Source: Candidatus Bathyarchaeum tardum (GTDB lineage: Archaea > Thermoproteota > Bathyarchaeia > Bathyarchaeales > Bathyarchaeaceae). Taken from it: DNA of 64,000 nucleotides. Location of the stretch: assembly GCA_024650005.2 (NCBI GenBank), contig CP122380.1:384001-448000 (forward strand), given 5' to 3'. The position numbers were made by a program, and so were the translations under genes. The notes beneath the pieces are model-generated. The model was given only the letters and a program-made list of their open reading frames with translations. It was not told where the DNA came from and did not search any database. Shown here piece by piece: positions 9,903 through 19,790 of the stretch (position 1 is the stretch's first letter; the number at the start of each line of letters is the position of its first letter).

Positions 9903-10547
9903 TTGATGACACTTGAATCAAGTAAAACATTAGGCGGAGTAGGCTCATTACTGATGGTAATTTCGCCCCTTACAGGATACGTTGGAGGGGGCTTTGGTGG
10001 ACTATTGGGACTTGTTGGATTAATTCTTGTACTTATTTCAGTTAAAGGACTAGCAGATTACTACAATGATGGTAGCATATTCAACAACACACTTTACGGT
10101 GTAATTTTCACCATAATTGGTGGCGTTGCATCTTTTGCGGCAGTTATTGTCGGCGGTGTTGGACTATTATCTGCCCTGAATCTTGACATTTCCACTATTG
10201 GCTCAGATCCTTCAGCTATTTCAGCAATCGATTGGGACGGAGCATTAGACTTTGAACTTCTCATGAACTTTATTACAATCATCCTTGTTGCTGCAGTCAT
10301 ACTTTTTGCATTGCTTGTAATATCAGCAATATTCTACAGAAAATCATTGAACACGCTATCTGAAAAAACTGGTGTTGAACTTTTCGGCACAACTGGAATG
10401 CTCATATTAATCGGCGCAATACTAACGATAATTGTAATCGGTGCTCTGATTCTTTGGGTTGCATTAATCCTGCTTACTGTTGCGTTCTTTTCAATTAAAC
10501 CCGAACCTGCTACTGTAGTATCCCCGCCACCTCCCACAGAAACATAA
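9903..10547 (+). CDS. DUF996 family membrane protein
   Basis: LESSKTLGGVG..L, GLADYY....IFNN, LS.KTGV.LF.TTG, AFFSI. Confidence 0.85.
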   Translation: MMTLESSKTLGGVGSLLMVISPLTGYVGGGFGGLLGLVGLILVLISVKGLADYYNDGSIFNNTLYGVIFTIIGGVASFAAVIVGGVGLLSALNLDISTIGSDPSAISAIDWDGALDFELLMNFITIILVAAVILFALLVISAIFYRKSLNTLSEKTGVELFGTTGMLILIGAILTIIVIGALILWVALILLTVAFFSIKPEPATVVSPPPPTET

Positions 10548-10611
10548 AGCAACCTTAACGGCAATCAAAAAGCCTAAGTGTGGTTGAAAAACCCACTTTC
10601 TCTTTTTTTGT

Positions 10612-11229
10612 TTAACCTGAAATCAAATCAATACATTCTTTGATCGTTTCGACTTGTTCTTTAACTAATGAATACTTTATTGTCACTCCATCTGCTAATC
10701 CAGTGACTAGACCCTGCTGTTGCAGTTGTTTCATGTGCCATGTCAAAGCCTGAGAAGAAATATCCAACCGGTGAGCTAATTTTCCATGAGCTTCAGACTC
10801 TTCGTCGTGGAGTATGGTCAATATTTTTTCTACAGTTTCGTGCCTTAGGGCAGAAATTATTTTCATTTCTAACGGGGAAAACTTTCTGGATTTGAAGAAC
10901 CGTTTGTTTCGTCCATCTCTGCAATCAGAAATCAGATTTCCTTTGTCTAGGACTGTAAGGTGATACTGCACAACTCCAATTGGCAGGGCAAGGGCACTGC
11001 AGATTCCTCGAAAGTTGATTCCTGGGTTGTCAGTTATGAAATTGTAGATTTGAACACGGGTTGTTTGATTTAATACTGCTAAGCCGTTTCGTGGTACTTC
11101 TAAAAGGATTGATTGATAATTAAAAAGTGAGTTTTCTTGTTGGATGCTGCTTTTTGAGTATACTAAAACAATTAACGAGAAGAGCATGAGGGAAATCAGG
11201 AACAATGAAACTAGTTTAGGGCACTTCAA
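10612..11229 (-). CDS. Double winged-helix transcriptional regulator with N-terminal hydrophobic segment
   Basis: TRVQIYNFITDNPGINFRGI...L.IGVVQYHL..L and a second HTH, LAHRLDISSQALTWHMKQL. Confidence 0.8.
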   Translation of the reverse strand: MKCPKLVSLFLISLMLFSLIVLVYSKSSIQQENSLFNYQSILLEVPRNGLAVLNQTTRVQIYNFITDNPGINFRGICSALALPIGVVQYHLTVLDKGNLISDCRDGRNKRFFKSRKFSPLEMKIISALRHETVEKILTILHDEESEAHGKLAHRLDISSQALTWHMKQLQQQGLVTGLADGVTIKYSLVKEQVETIKECIDLISG

Positions 11230-11321
11230 TTCAGTTCCTCTAAAGAAAATCGGTTTTCATGTATTTATTATATTTTGTAAACAAATGTACTAGTTGTTAC
11301 TGCTTCTCGTTAAGCTAAATG

Positions 11322-11329
11322 TTTTTAAA
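11322..11329 (+). promoter_or_regulatory. Putative TATA box of the que operon
   Basis: TTTTTAAA about 24 nt before the GC-rich structured leader. Confidence 0.5.
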
Positions 11330-11351
11330 CGATTCCTGCAGCCATTTCTTT

Positions 11352-11410
11352 TGCGGGTAGGTGGTACCTCCCACCCGTTCCGCATTATAAACCCCGGTGT
11401 CGGGAGGTAA
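11352..11410 (+). ncRNA. Candidate 7-deazaguanine (preQ0/preQ1)-sensing riboswitch-like leader
   Basis: Stem GGUGG/CCACC whose loop sequence UACCUCCC is complementary to GGGAGGUA (contains the SD); linker GCAUUAUAAA; hairpin CCCG-GUGU-CGGG; directly upstream of queT. Confidence 0.55.
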
Positions 11411-11415
11411 AAATA

Positions 11416-11898
11416 TTGAAAATGAGTACAAAAGACCTTACGTTAGTAACTATGTTTGCTGCCCTTTACGCAGCCCTAGTTTATGTTTTTGCACCAATAT
11501 CTTTTATGGCTCTGCAATTTCGAGTCGCAGGAATAATCCGACCAGCAATATCAAAAAAATGGATCCTTGCTATCGGATACGCTATAGGCGTTGTTGTGGG
11601 AAATATTTTCAGCCCCTTTGCAGGTCCTTGGGACTTGTTATTTATGCCCATGATGAGCCTTCTTGCAGGATTGTTGGGTTACATCGTTTCAAAAAAGTTT
11701 GGCAACAACTATTTCATTTGTGGAATAATAGTAGCAACAGTGATTCCGATAAGTGTAGCTTTCATGCTTTTACAATTCGGTTCACCTTTTCTTGCAACTT
11801 TTCCATATCTATTAATTAGTGAACAAATAGTCTGTTTGATAGGTTCTGTTGTGTTCAAATTAATTGAAACCAGATACAAATGGTGGGAAACAAAATGA
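11416..11898 (+). CDS. queT: QueT family queuosine-precursor transporter
   Basis: AALYAALVYVFAPISF.ALQFRVA, G..IG.V.GNIFSPF.G.WD. Confidence 0.88.
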   Translation: MKMSTKDLTLVTMFAALYAALVYVFAPISFMALQFRVAGIIRPAISKKWILAIGYAIGVVVGNIFSPFAGPWDLLFMPMMSLLAGLLGYIVSKKFGNNYFICGIIVATVIPISVAFMLLQFGSPFLATFPYLLISEQIVCLIGSVVFKLIETRYKWWETK

Positions 11899-12551
11899 CC
11901 GAAAACCAAAAATGCGTAGTAGTATTAAGCGGCGGACCTGACTCGGTAACTACAGCTTATTGGGCAAAAAACCAAGGATACACCGTTCATGGATTAACTT
12001 GCAAGTATGGTCAAATAGCTTCAAAAGAAGTGGAACACGCTAAGCTGATTGCCGAAAAACTGGGTATAACATTGAAAGTAATTGACCTATCCTCGTTGCG
12101 GGAAATTTACATGGGTATAACTTCAGTTTGTGACGAAAACATTACCATGACAGGAGACTTTAGTCAACCAATTATTGTTCCCTTCCGGAATGCCATCTTT
12201 TTGTCTGTTGCAGTTGCTTATGCTTCTTCAGTTGGTGCAAACAAAATATTCTACGGGGCACAGGGCTCGGATGAACAATTTTATCCTGACTGCAGACCAC
12301 AATTCTATAAATCCTTTGAAGAAACCGCAAGACAGGGAACCGACGAAAACATAACAGTAGAAGCCCCTTTTAGTGGTGGACCAAAATCAGAAATAATCAA
12401 GCAAGGCACAGAACTTGGGGTACCCTTTGAACTAACTTGGTCGTGCTATTTTGGTAGGGAAAAACACTGTGGGACATGTGAGTCATGCATGAATCGTAAA
12501 CGGGCTTTTGAACAAGCTCAGATTCAAGATCCAACAGAATATGAAAAATAA
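11895..12551 (+). CDS. queC: 7-cyano-7-deazaguanine (preQ0) synthase
   Basis: LSGGPDS, YGQ, VPFRNAIFLS, YPDCRP, TWSCY...HCGTCESC..RK. ATG at 11895 overlaps the queT stop. Confidence 0.95.
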   Translation: MTENQKCVVVLSGGPDSVTTAYWAKNQGYTVHGLTCKYGQIASKEVEHAKLIAEKLGITLKVIDLSSLREIYMGITSVCDENITMTGDFSQPIIVPFRNAIFLSVAVAYASSVGANKIFYGAQGSDEQFYPDCRPQFYKSFEETARQGTDENITVEAPFSGGPKSEIIKQGTELGVPFELTWSCYFGREKHCGTCESCMNRKRAFEQAQIQDPTEYEK

Positions 12552-12569
12552 ATTGCAGGTAACAAACAA

Positions 12570-13100
12570 ATGAAAACAAGTGAAATAACGTTAACCATAG
12601 TTTTCACCAGTTTATACGCAGTTTTGCTCATACTCTTGGCTCCAATCTCCTTTGGACCCATACAATTACGAGTTGCAGACTGTCTAATTCCTTTAGCCGC
12701 TTTGTTTGGTTGGCCAGCAATCACCGGAGTAACTATGGGATGTTTGATAGGAAACGCATACTTTTGGCTAGGACCCCAAGACGTAATCTTTGGAACAATC
12801 GCAAACCTGATTGCAGCAACCATAGTATTCCTGTTCAGAAAACGCCAATTACTTGCATGCACGGCAGGAGCAATACCTATCGGAGTAATAGTAGGGGGTT
12901 ATCTTTGGTTATTCTTTGGATTTGAAGCAGACATCTTCGGATTACAACTGCCTGCAGTCGTTGGAATGATTACAAGCGTAACCCTTAGCACCATGATTGT
13001 CATGTCTGTACTCGGGTATGCTTTGCTCAAAGCTTTGAGCAGTTCCAGCGTAGTTCAAGCTTTGAAATCGTATGGGTTAAAAATTTATGCTACTGAATAG
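12570..13100 (+). CDS. queT: Second QueT family transporter
   Basis: LYAVL..LLAPISFGPIQLRVADCLIPL, GVTMGCLIGN, GPQDVIFG. Confidence 0.88.
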   Translation: MKTSEITLTIVFTSLYAVLLILLAPISFGPIQLRVADCLIPLAALFGWPAITGVTMGCLIGNAYFWLGPQDVIFGTIANLIAATIVFLFRKRQLLACTAGAIPIGVIVGGYLWLFFGFEADIFGLQLPAVVGMITSVTLSTMIVMSVLGYALLKALSSSSVVQALKSYGLKIYATE

Positions 13101-13185
13101 CATAAACTTGGTAACATCCAGACTGTAACAACTGAAAAAAGGATAAATTAAATTCTATCTTTTCTTTGTTGTAGTTGAAGAACTA

Positions 13186-13665
13186 ATGAACTACGAACAA
13201 GTTTTCCAGTTAGCCGAACCTTACCTTAAGAAAAACGATTTTGGTATGCCCCACACACGAAGAGTCTTTGAAATTGCAAAGAAAAACTTCGAAATCCCAA
13301 AAAACATCGAAGAACTTGTTTTTTGTTCCATAATCATGCACGATATCGGCGGAAGCACAATAGAAAAACAGTACAAGAACGGACCCGAAATAGCAACAAC
13401 TATTCTCAAAAACCTAGGATGCCCTGAAGCCTTTGTAAAACAAGTTTGTGAATTTGTGCGCACCCATCACGAACATCCAGATTCTCCCTCGTTGGCTTTC
13501 AAGATTTTGTACGACTCAGACAAACTAGTCATGTTTTCACCAGAAGAATATCCTTATTACACTTCTAATCCAAAATTTGACTGGAACCAAATTATTGCTT
13601 TAATATACCACGACCACGCCAAAGAATTAGCCAAACAACTGTTACAAAAACGCAGAAACAAATAA
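13186..13665 (+). CDS. HD-domain protein
   Basis: HT.RV...IMHDIG...THHE...LYDSDKL. Confidence 0.85.
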   Translation: MNYEQVFQLAEPYLKKNDFGMPHTRRVFEIAKKNFEIPKNIEELVFCSIIMHDIGGSTIEKQYKNGPEIATTILKNLGCPEAFVKQVCEFVRTHHEHPDSPSLAFKILYDSDKLVMFSPEEYPYYTSNPKFDWNQIIALIYHDHAKELAKQLLQKRRNK

Positions 13666-13763
13666 ACTATCTTTTCTTATGTTGCTCTTTTCTATTTTTG
13701 TGTAAAAATTTTTTGTGCCCATATGCTACAGAATTACTGACTTGTTTGAATAAGACAACAATA

Positions 13764-13973
13764 GTGCAAGAGACAACATTTTCTAAATTTTTGCCGATAA
13801 TGATTATTGTATCAACGGTCTTTACAGTTACTGTTTCTTCATCTTGTTCTATGGTCTTGGCTTAACCTGATGTTTATGATAACCTTCTTGTAGAATTTGA
13901 AACAATTAAAACTAAATGGTGTGCTCTAAAAACACGTGTAAATGCAACAAATATGATAATTGCTTTGACATAA
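13764..13973 (+). pseudogene. Possible remnant of a secreted protein gene
   Basis: GTG-MQETTFSKFLPIMIIVSTVFTVTVSSSCSMVLA, in-frame TAA, then 35 more open codons. Weak. Confidence 0.25.
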
Positions 13974-14147
13974 CCCCTTTTCAATCCAATTCCTAACCGT
14001 TTGGTTGTTGTTACAGTTGGTTTAGCTTAATAGTAGCAGTAACTTCAATCTAAGTAGTTGAATCAGTGAAACAGCTCAACTAGACGACAAACTTTTGAAA
14101 TAGTCCTTTAGCTTATATAGAACCGTTACAGTTCGAAATACAAAGAG

Positions 14148-15260
14148 ATGAGTTTCATGTCCAAAAAATATAACATCGTTGTTTTACTTGGCGATGGCAT
14201 AAGCAAAGAAGTAATTCCTGAAGCCGTCAAAGCCCTTGAAGCCACAAAAGACGTAGTAAATGGATTAGATTTTAAGTTTACCGAATACGAATGTGGATTT
14301 GAATATTTCCAAAAAACAGGCAAAGCATGGCCAGACGATGCATATCCTGCCTGTAAAGAATCTGATGCCATACTCTTTGGTGCCGTTGGAATGCCTGGAG
14401 TTGCAGGCTTTGAACACATAGTTTATGTTCACCGAATTTTACGACAAAAACTTGACCTATACGCTAACGTGCGCCCCAGCAAAGTACGCCCTAATATTCC
14501 TTGTCCTTTGTCTGGCAAAAAAGCTGGAGACATCGACCTAATTATCGTAAGGGAAGGAACTGAAGACCTTTATGCTCCTATTCGAGGTTCTCTTGAACGA
14601 TCAGAACAAACCGAAGTTGGGATCGACGTAAAAATTGTTACCCGTAAAGGTGCCGAACGCATAATTCGATACGCCTTTGAACTGTGCAAAGGAAAAACCA
14701 AAGGTGCACCCCTAGACGGAAAGAAACGAGTAACCTGTGTTGACAAAAGTACGGTTCTAAAAAGCTGTGCATTGTTCCGAGAAGTTTTTGATGAAATCGG
14801 AAAAGAATACCCAGACATCGAAAAAGACCCCGCCTTAATTGATGCGTGGGCTCAATGGATAATTAGACGACCCGAATATTACGACGTAATTGTTACCACA
14901 AACATGTTCGGTGACGTAATCTCTGACCTAACCTCAACTTTCCAAGGCGGGTTGGGCATCGCCCCAAGTGCAGAAGTCGGAGATCGATATGGAATGTTCC
15001 GACCCATCCACGGCAGCGCACCAAAATATTATGGCAAAAATGTTGCAAACCCAATGGCAACTATTTTGTCTGCAAAAATGATGCTTGACTGGCTAGCCCA
15101 ACAACACAACGATTCCGCAGCAAAAAAAGCTGCAGACCTAATCGACAAAGCAGTCGACGAAGTCATAACTGAAGCAAAAATTCTTACCTATGACCTCGGC
15201 GGCAACGCAAAAACCAGTGAAGTCGGTGACGAAATTGCCAAAAAAATTCGAAGCTATTAG
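14148..15260 (+). CDS. Isocitrate/isopropylmalate (beta-decarboxylating) dehydrogenase family protein
   Basis: [60 protein letters not shown]. Confidence 0.92.
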   Translation: MSFMSKKYNIVVLLGDGISKEVIPEAVKALEATKDVVNGLDFKFTEYECGFEYFQKTGKAWPDDAYPACKESDAILFGAVGMPGVAGFEHIVYVHRILRQKLDLYANVRPSKVRPNIPCPLSGKKAGDIDLIIVREGTEDLYAPIRGSLERSEQTEVGIDVKIVTRKGAERIIRYAFELCKGKTKGAPLDGKKRVTCVDKSTVLKSCALFREVFDEIGKEYPDIEKDPALIDAWAQWIIRRPEYYDVIVTTNMFGDVISDLTSTFQGGLGIAPSAEVGDRYGMFRPIHGSAPKYYGKNVANPMATILSAKMMLDWLAQQHNDSAAKKAADLIDKAVDEVITEAKILTYDLGGNAKTSEVGDEIAKKIRSY

Positions 15261-15432
15261 AAAGCTTCCTTTTTCTTCTCTTTTTTGATTTTTTTCTTTT
15301 TGGTTTAGACCCAAAATTAAGTAACTTTTTATTTGTCCATTAAACTTAGCTAATCAAAGACATATTAGCTGCGAGTTTAATCCAGATTTTATTTGGGTTT
15401 CAATTAAACTTCAACTATAAGGATAAAGAATA

Positions 15433-17652
15433 ATGTACAAAAAAGGACTCATCCTAATTTTAATGTTATTTTTAGCAGCTTCAACCCTTTCTGTCGTAGT
15501 TTCTGAATCCACAGAACTTACTGATTGGCCTATGTTTCAGCAAAACCCTGCTTTCACTGGTCAGTCTGCATCAACTGCTCCTCGTACAAATCAGACCTTG
15601 TGGAAGTTTAATACGGGGGGACCTGTAGATTCTCCTGTTATCAATGATGGTGTAGTTTATTTTGGGTCCTTAGACGACAATGTTTACGCTTTGGATGCAT
15701 TAACTGGGAAACGAATATGGAGTTTCACAACGGGAGGAAACGTTTTGTCACCTGCTGCAGTTGCTGAAGGAATGGTTTTTGTCGGGTCTGAAGACTTTTA
15801 CGTTTATGCACTGAATGTTTCTGATGGAACTTGCATTTGGAGTTTCAGAACAGGCTATTTTGTTGATTCAGCAATCGCTTACTCAAACGGAATCGTTTAT
15901 GTTGCTTCAGAAGACGCTAACGTTTACGCTTTGAACGCATCAAATGGAGACTTGATTTGGAGTTACACAACGGGTTGCATGATCATGCTGTCTTCTCCTG
16001 TTGTTTATTCGGGCATTGTTTATGTTGGTTCTTTAGATAGCAAGGTTTACGCTTTGAATGCTACAACAGGAGACTATGTCTGGGGTTACACAACAGGAGA
16101 CATTATAGTTTCCACGCCCACAGTGATGGATGACGTAGTTTACATTGGTTCCGTTGACAGTAACTTGTACGCTTTAGATGCCTTCACCGGTGATCTGTTA
16201 TGGAATTTCACTACCGGCGGTCCAGTGTTTTCTGGACCTGCAGCAGTTGATGATTCAGTTTACGTGGGTTCAACTGACGGAAAAATCTACGCCCTAGAAG
16301 CTTCTAACGGTGCAATGCTTTGGAGTTACACTACTGAAAACTCGGTCAGTTCCTCTCCTGCGGTTGTTGATGGTTTAGTATACGTGGGTTCAGACGACTA
16401 CAACATTTATGCTTTGAATTCTACAACCGGGGATTACGTTTGGAGCTACAAAACTGCAGAAAAAGTGATTTCTATGCCTGCCATTTCTAACGGTTTAGTG
16501 TATGTGGGGGGATGGGATGGTCGATTATATGTTTTGGATGCTTATTCTGGCGCATTGGTGTGGCAATACATTACGGGTGGTGTTGTGGATTCTTCGCCTG
16601 CGGTTGTAGACGGGAAAGTATATGTTGGCTCTTATACTGGTCACGTATATTGCCTGAGTGCAACGCTTGGTGCTGTTCCTTTTGACGAATTTTCCAGCGA
16701 AGAAATATGGAACTACCAAACCAATGACATGGTGATGCTTTCTGGTCCTGCAGTAGTTAAGGGGGTGGTTTATGTTGGCTCATACGATTCAAATGTGTAT
16801 GCTTTGAACGCTTCTGATGGTACACAAATCTGGAACTACACTACTGGGTATGCTGTGGTCTCTTCTCCTGTTGTTGTAAATGAAGTTGTGTATATTGCTT
16901 CAGAGGACTACAACGTTTATGCTTTGAATGCTCAAACTGGAGAATTAATTTGGAGCTTTACCACAGGCAGTTTCATTCATATGTCGTCAACTGCTGTAAA
17001 AGACGGATTGCTTTATGTGGGTTCAAATGACCACAAAATTTACTGCTTAAATGCTTCTGACGGCTCTGTTGTTTGGGAGTACACTACTGGTGGTTTTGTA
17101 ATTTCTTCCCCTGCCGTAGTTGACGGTACAGTTTTTACAGGATCATACGACGGCACGGTTTATGCTATTGATGCATATTCTGGCGAATTAGTCTGGACAT
17201 ACGTTACTGGGGATTCTGTAGCTTCATCTCCTGCAGTTGCCGAAAACATACTTTATGTGGGATCAAATGACAACAAAATCTACGCTCTATCTGCCCAAAC
17301 AGGTGAGTTAGTCTGGAGTTACCAAACTGAAGGGGATGTTGCTTCTTCTCCAGCAGTAGCTGACGGCATAGTGTTTGTTGGTTCCCATGACCATAACCTG
17401 TACGCCTTGGATGCCTATACAGGTGAACTGATATGGAAATACAAAACTTTAGAAAAAATAGTTTCTTCCCCTGCAGTAGCCAACGGAAATGTCTATTTTG
17501 GTTCCTATGACCATATGGTCTACGCTGTAGGTGAGGATTCTCCAGTTGATATTCCACAAACTACTGAATTTCCGGTTTTTGAAACTACAGTTGTTTTTGT
17601 GGTAGCTTTGATTATCCTGATACTGATTGTTTATTTTAGAAGAAAAATTTAA
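15433..17652 (+). CDS. PQQ-binding-like beta-propeller repeat surface protein
   Basis: Signal peptide, WPMFQ start, tandem ~40-aa repeats SSPAV.DG.VYVGS.D..VYAL.A.TG..W.Y.T, C-terminal TM anchor followed by RRK. Confidence 0.9.
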   Translation: MYKKGLILILMLFLAASTLSVVVSESTELTDWPMFQQNPAFTGQSASTAPRTNQTLWKFNTGGPVDSPVINDGVVYFGSLDDNVYALDALTGKRIWSFTTGGNVLSPAAVAEGMVFVGSEDFYVYALNVSDGTCIWSFRTGYFVDSAIAYSNGIVYVASEDANVYALNASNGDLIWSYTTGCMIMLSSPVVYSGIVYVGSLDSKVYALNATTGDYVWGYTTGDIIVSTPTVMDDVVYIGSVDSNLYALDAFTGDLLWNFTTGGPVFSGPAAVDDSVYVGSTDGKIYALEASNGAMLWSYTTENSVSSSPAVVDGLVYVGSDDYNIYALNSTTGDYVWSYKTAEKVISMPAISNGLVYVGGWDGRLYVLDAYSGALVWQYITGGVVDSSPAVVDGKVYVGSYTGHVYCLSATLGAVPFDEFSSEEIWNYQTNDMVMLSGPAVVKGVVYVGSYDSNVYALNASDGTQIWNYTTGYAVVSSPVVVNEVVYIASEDYNVYALNAQTGELIWSFTTGSFIHMSSTAVKDGLLYVGSNDHKIYCLNASDGSVVWEYTTGGFVISSPAVVDGTVFTGSYDGTVYAIDAYSGELVWTYVTGDSVASSPAVAENILYVGSNDNKIYALSAQTGELVWSYQTEGDVASSPAVADGIVFVGSHDHNLYALDAYTGELIWKYKTLEKIVSSPAVANGNVYFGSYDHMVYAVGEDSPVDIPQTTEFPVFETTVVFVVALIILILIVYFRRKI

Positions 17653-17665
17653 AAAAGTAGATGTA

Positions 17666-18016
17666 TTATTTGACGTAGAACATGTCCTTTTTTTGTGGCT
17701 TTTTAATCACGTCTTTTCGTAGTTTTTTTTCGATTTTCTGTTCTTGGGTTCCGGTGATTTTTGCATCATAGTCTACAAAGTCGCAGACTAAGTTGGCGAG
17801 ATTTTGGTTGATTTCTTTTAGTTCAGCTAACGAAAACTGTGCCATAATGTCTGGGTTATCTGCCCATTGCATCCATCCAGTTACGCTTCTTTGCAACGCA
17901 AGTATTGTAAACCTGATTGTTCGAACCATATCCAAACGGTCCTGTCCATCGGCCTTGGCAGAATTTTTAATTTCGTTTAAGATCCGTTGGCAGTCGTTAA
18001 CCCATCTTCCTTCCAT
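17666..18016 (-). CDS. DUF2153 family protein
   Basis: W...C..IL, DRLD.V, RSV.GW.QW..NP.IM..F...EL. Confidence 0.8.
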   Translation of the reverse strand: MEGRWVNDCQRILNEIKNSAKADGQDRLDMVRTIRFTILALQRSVTGWMQWADNPDIMAQFSLAELKEINQNLANLVCDFVDYDAKITGTQEQKIEKKLRKDVIKKPQKKDMFYVK

Positions 18017-18120
18017 GAGTTACACCACAGTTAAGGCTACCGACTCAAAGAATAAAAAGCTTGTTTATTTCAAGCGTTTTTCACAAAAGCATATAAGAAC
18101 CTGTAAAACTCCATTGGGTT

Positions 18121-19020
18121 ATGAGCTCAACCTGTAAGGAAAAAAAAGAACCATCCCTAGCTTTTGGTGGACAAGCTGTGATGGAGGGCATTATGATGCG
18201 CTCCAAAGACAACGTAGTAATTTGTGTTCGGCAACCTAACGACGAAATCGTAACCCAAAAACAAAAACTAAGCTCTGTTACCCAAAAATACAGTTTCTTG
18301 AACCTTCCTTTCATACGAGGGGTTGTAGCCCTAATTGAAACAATGTACACTGGAATCAAAGGCATATATTTCTCTGCAAACGCCGCCTTTGGGGACGATG
18401 AAGAAGTTAACCTTAGTTCAAAAGAAATCGCACTTATTGTTGGTGTGGCTATTTGTTTGTCGGTGCTGTTGTTTAGTGTTACCCCGTTTTTCTTAACTTC
18501 GTTGCTGGGTCTTGGAACTGGAGTAGTTTTCAATGTTGCCGAAGGAATAATACGTCTCAGTTTCCTTTTGGGTTATTTGTTCTTTGTTTCCCAGATAAAA
18601 GACTTCAAACGAATCCTACAATATCATGGAGCAGAGCACACAGCAATCAACGCTTACGAAGCCGGAGTAGAAATGAACGTAGAAAACGTTCGGAGTTACT
18701 CCCGTTTTCACGCTAGATGCGGAACTTCATTTCTTCTTATTGTTACAGTAATCAGCATTCTGTTCTTTTCACTTGTTTCCAGTCCAGACTATCTAACACG
18801 CCTTTCTTACCGGGTTATTCTGGTTCCTGTTATCAGTTCAGTTTCCTACGAAGTTTTGAGAATCAGTGACAGATACAAAAACTCTCCAATAGTAAAAGCC
18901 ATCGTGGCTCCGGGTTTGCTTCTTCAGCGGTTTACTACTAGGCAACCTGACGACAAGATGATTGAAGTTGCCATAACAGCTGTTAAAGAAGTTGAAACCA
19001 TGCAGCGAGCATGTGAATGA
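18121..19020 (+). CDS. DUF1385 family membrane protein
   Basis: FGGQAVMEGIMMR, PFIRGV, YHGAEH..IN.YE, SRFH.RCGTSF, LQRFTTRQPD. Confidence 0.9.
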   Translation: MSSTCKEKKEPSLAFGGQAVMEGIMMRSKDNVVICVRQPNDEIVTQKQKLSSVTQKYSFLNLPFIRGVVALIETMYTGIKGIYFSANAAFGDDEEVNLSSKEIALIVGVAICLSVLLFSVTPFFLTSLLGLGTGVVFNVAEGIIRLSFLLGYLFFVSQIKDFKRILQYHGAEHTAINAYEAGVEMNVENVRSYSRFHARCGTSFLLIVTVISILFFSLVSSPDYLTRLSYRVILVPVISSVSYEVLRISDRYKNSPIVKAIVAPGLLLQRFTTRQPDDKMIEVAITAVKEVETMQRACE

Positions 19021-19052
19021 GTTTTTGTTTCAAGTCTACTTATTAATGAGTA

Positions 19053-19784
19053 ATGACCCTTTTTGAGGTAGGCGAATCTAACGTGGATCACCTGAAACTG
19101 GATTTGAGTTCTTGGAAGTTTTTCTTTACTTTGTATAAGTTAGCAGATTTAGGTGCGTCCAGTCGAACTGTTAAGGTGTCCACAGAATATTTAGCAGAAA
19201 AAATTGGGGCATCCCAGCAGACTGCTTCTCGTCATCTTATTAACTTAGAAAAGATGGGATGGATTACCCGAACCGTGACTGTTGATGGTTGTTTAACTAA
19301 ACTTACTCCTCAAGGAGTTTCTGAGTTAAAGAAACTATATTCTGAACTGCGCTTAATTTTCGAGTCCGAGTATCCACCATCAATAACTTTGGAGGGTGTC
19401 TTATTCAGTGGTTTAGGAGAAGGAGCCTATTACGTAACTAAAGATGGATACCGGAACCAGTTTGTTGAAAAACTTGGGTTTGACCCTTATCCTGGAACCC
19501 TTAATGTCAAAATAACTACAGATTACGACTTGAAAGCCTTGTCTGAGCTTGAATCTTACCCTGCAATAGAACTTAAGGGCTTTAAAACTGAATCCCGAAC
19601 TTTTGGATCAGTAAAATGTTACCCTGCAATAATCAACAATAAAGTCAAAGGGGCAGTAATCTACGCCATGAGAAGCCATTACGGTTCATCTGTTTTAGAA
19701 ATTGTTGCACCAACATTTCTGAGACGACACCTAGACCTCAAAGACGGAAACAAAGTAAAAATCGAGATTCTAATAAATCCGTAA
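19053..19784 (+). CDS. ribK: CTP-dependent riboflavin kinase with N-terminal wHTH (RbkR-type)
   Basis: SQQTASRHL..LE..G.I.R, SGLGEGAYYV, LGFDPYPGTLN. Confidence 0.92.
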   Translation: MTLFEVGESNVDHLKLDLSSWKFFFTLYKLADLGASSRTVKVSTEYLAEKIGASQQTASRHLINLEKMGWITRTVTVDGCLTKLTPQGVSELKKLYSELRLIFESEYPPSITLEGVLFSGLGEGAYYVTKDGYRNQFVEKLGFDPYPGTLNVKITTDYDLKALSELESYPAIELKGFKTESRTFGSVKCYPAIINNKVKGAVIYAMRSHYGSSVLEIVAPTFLRRHLDLKDGNKVKIEILINP

Positions 19785-19790
19785 CCAACG

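Noticed and set aside
15433-17652. CRISPR array or DNA tandem repeat
   Set aside because: The periodicity is protein-level (beta-propeller blades) with degenerate codons; no identical repeats with unique spacers anywhere in the window.
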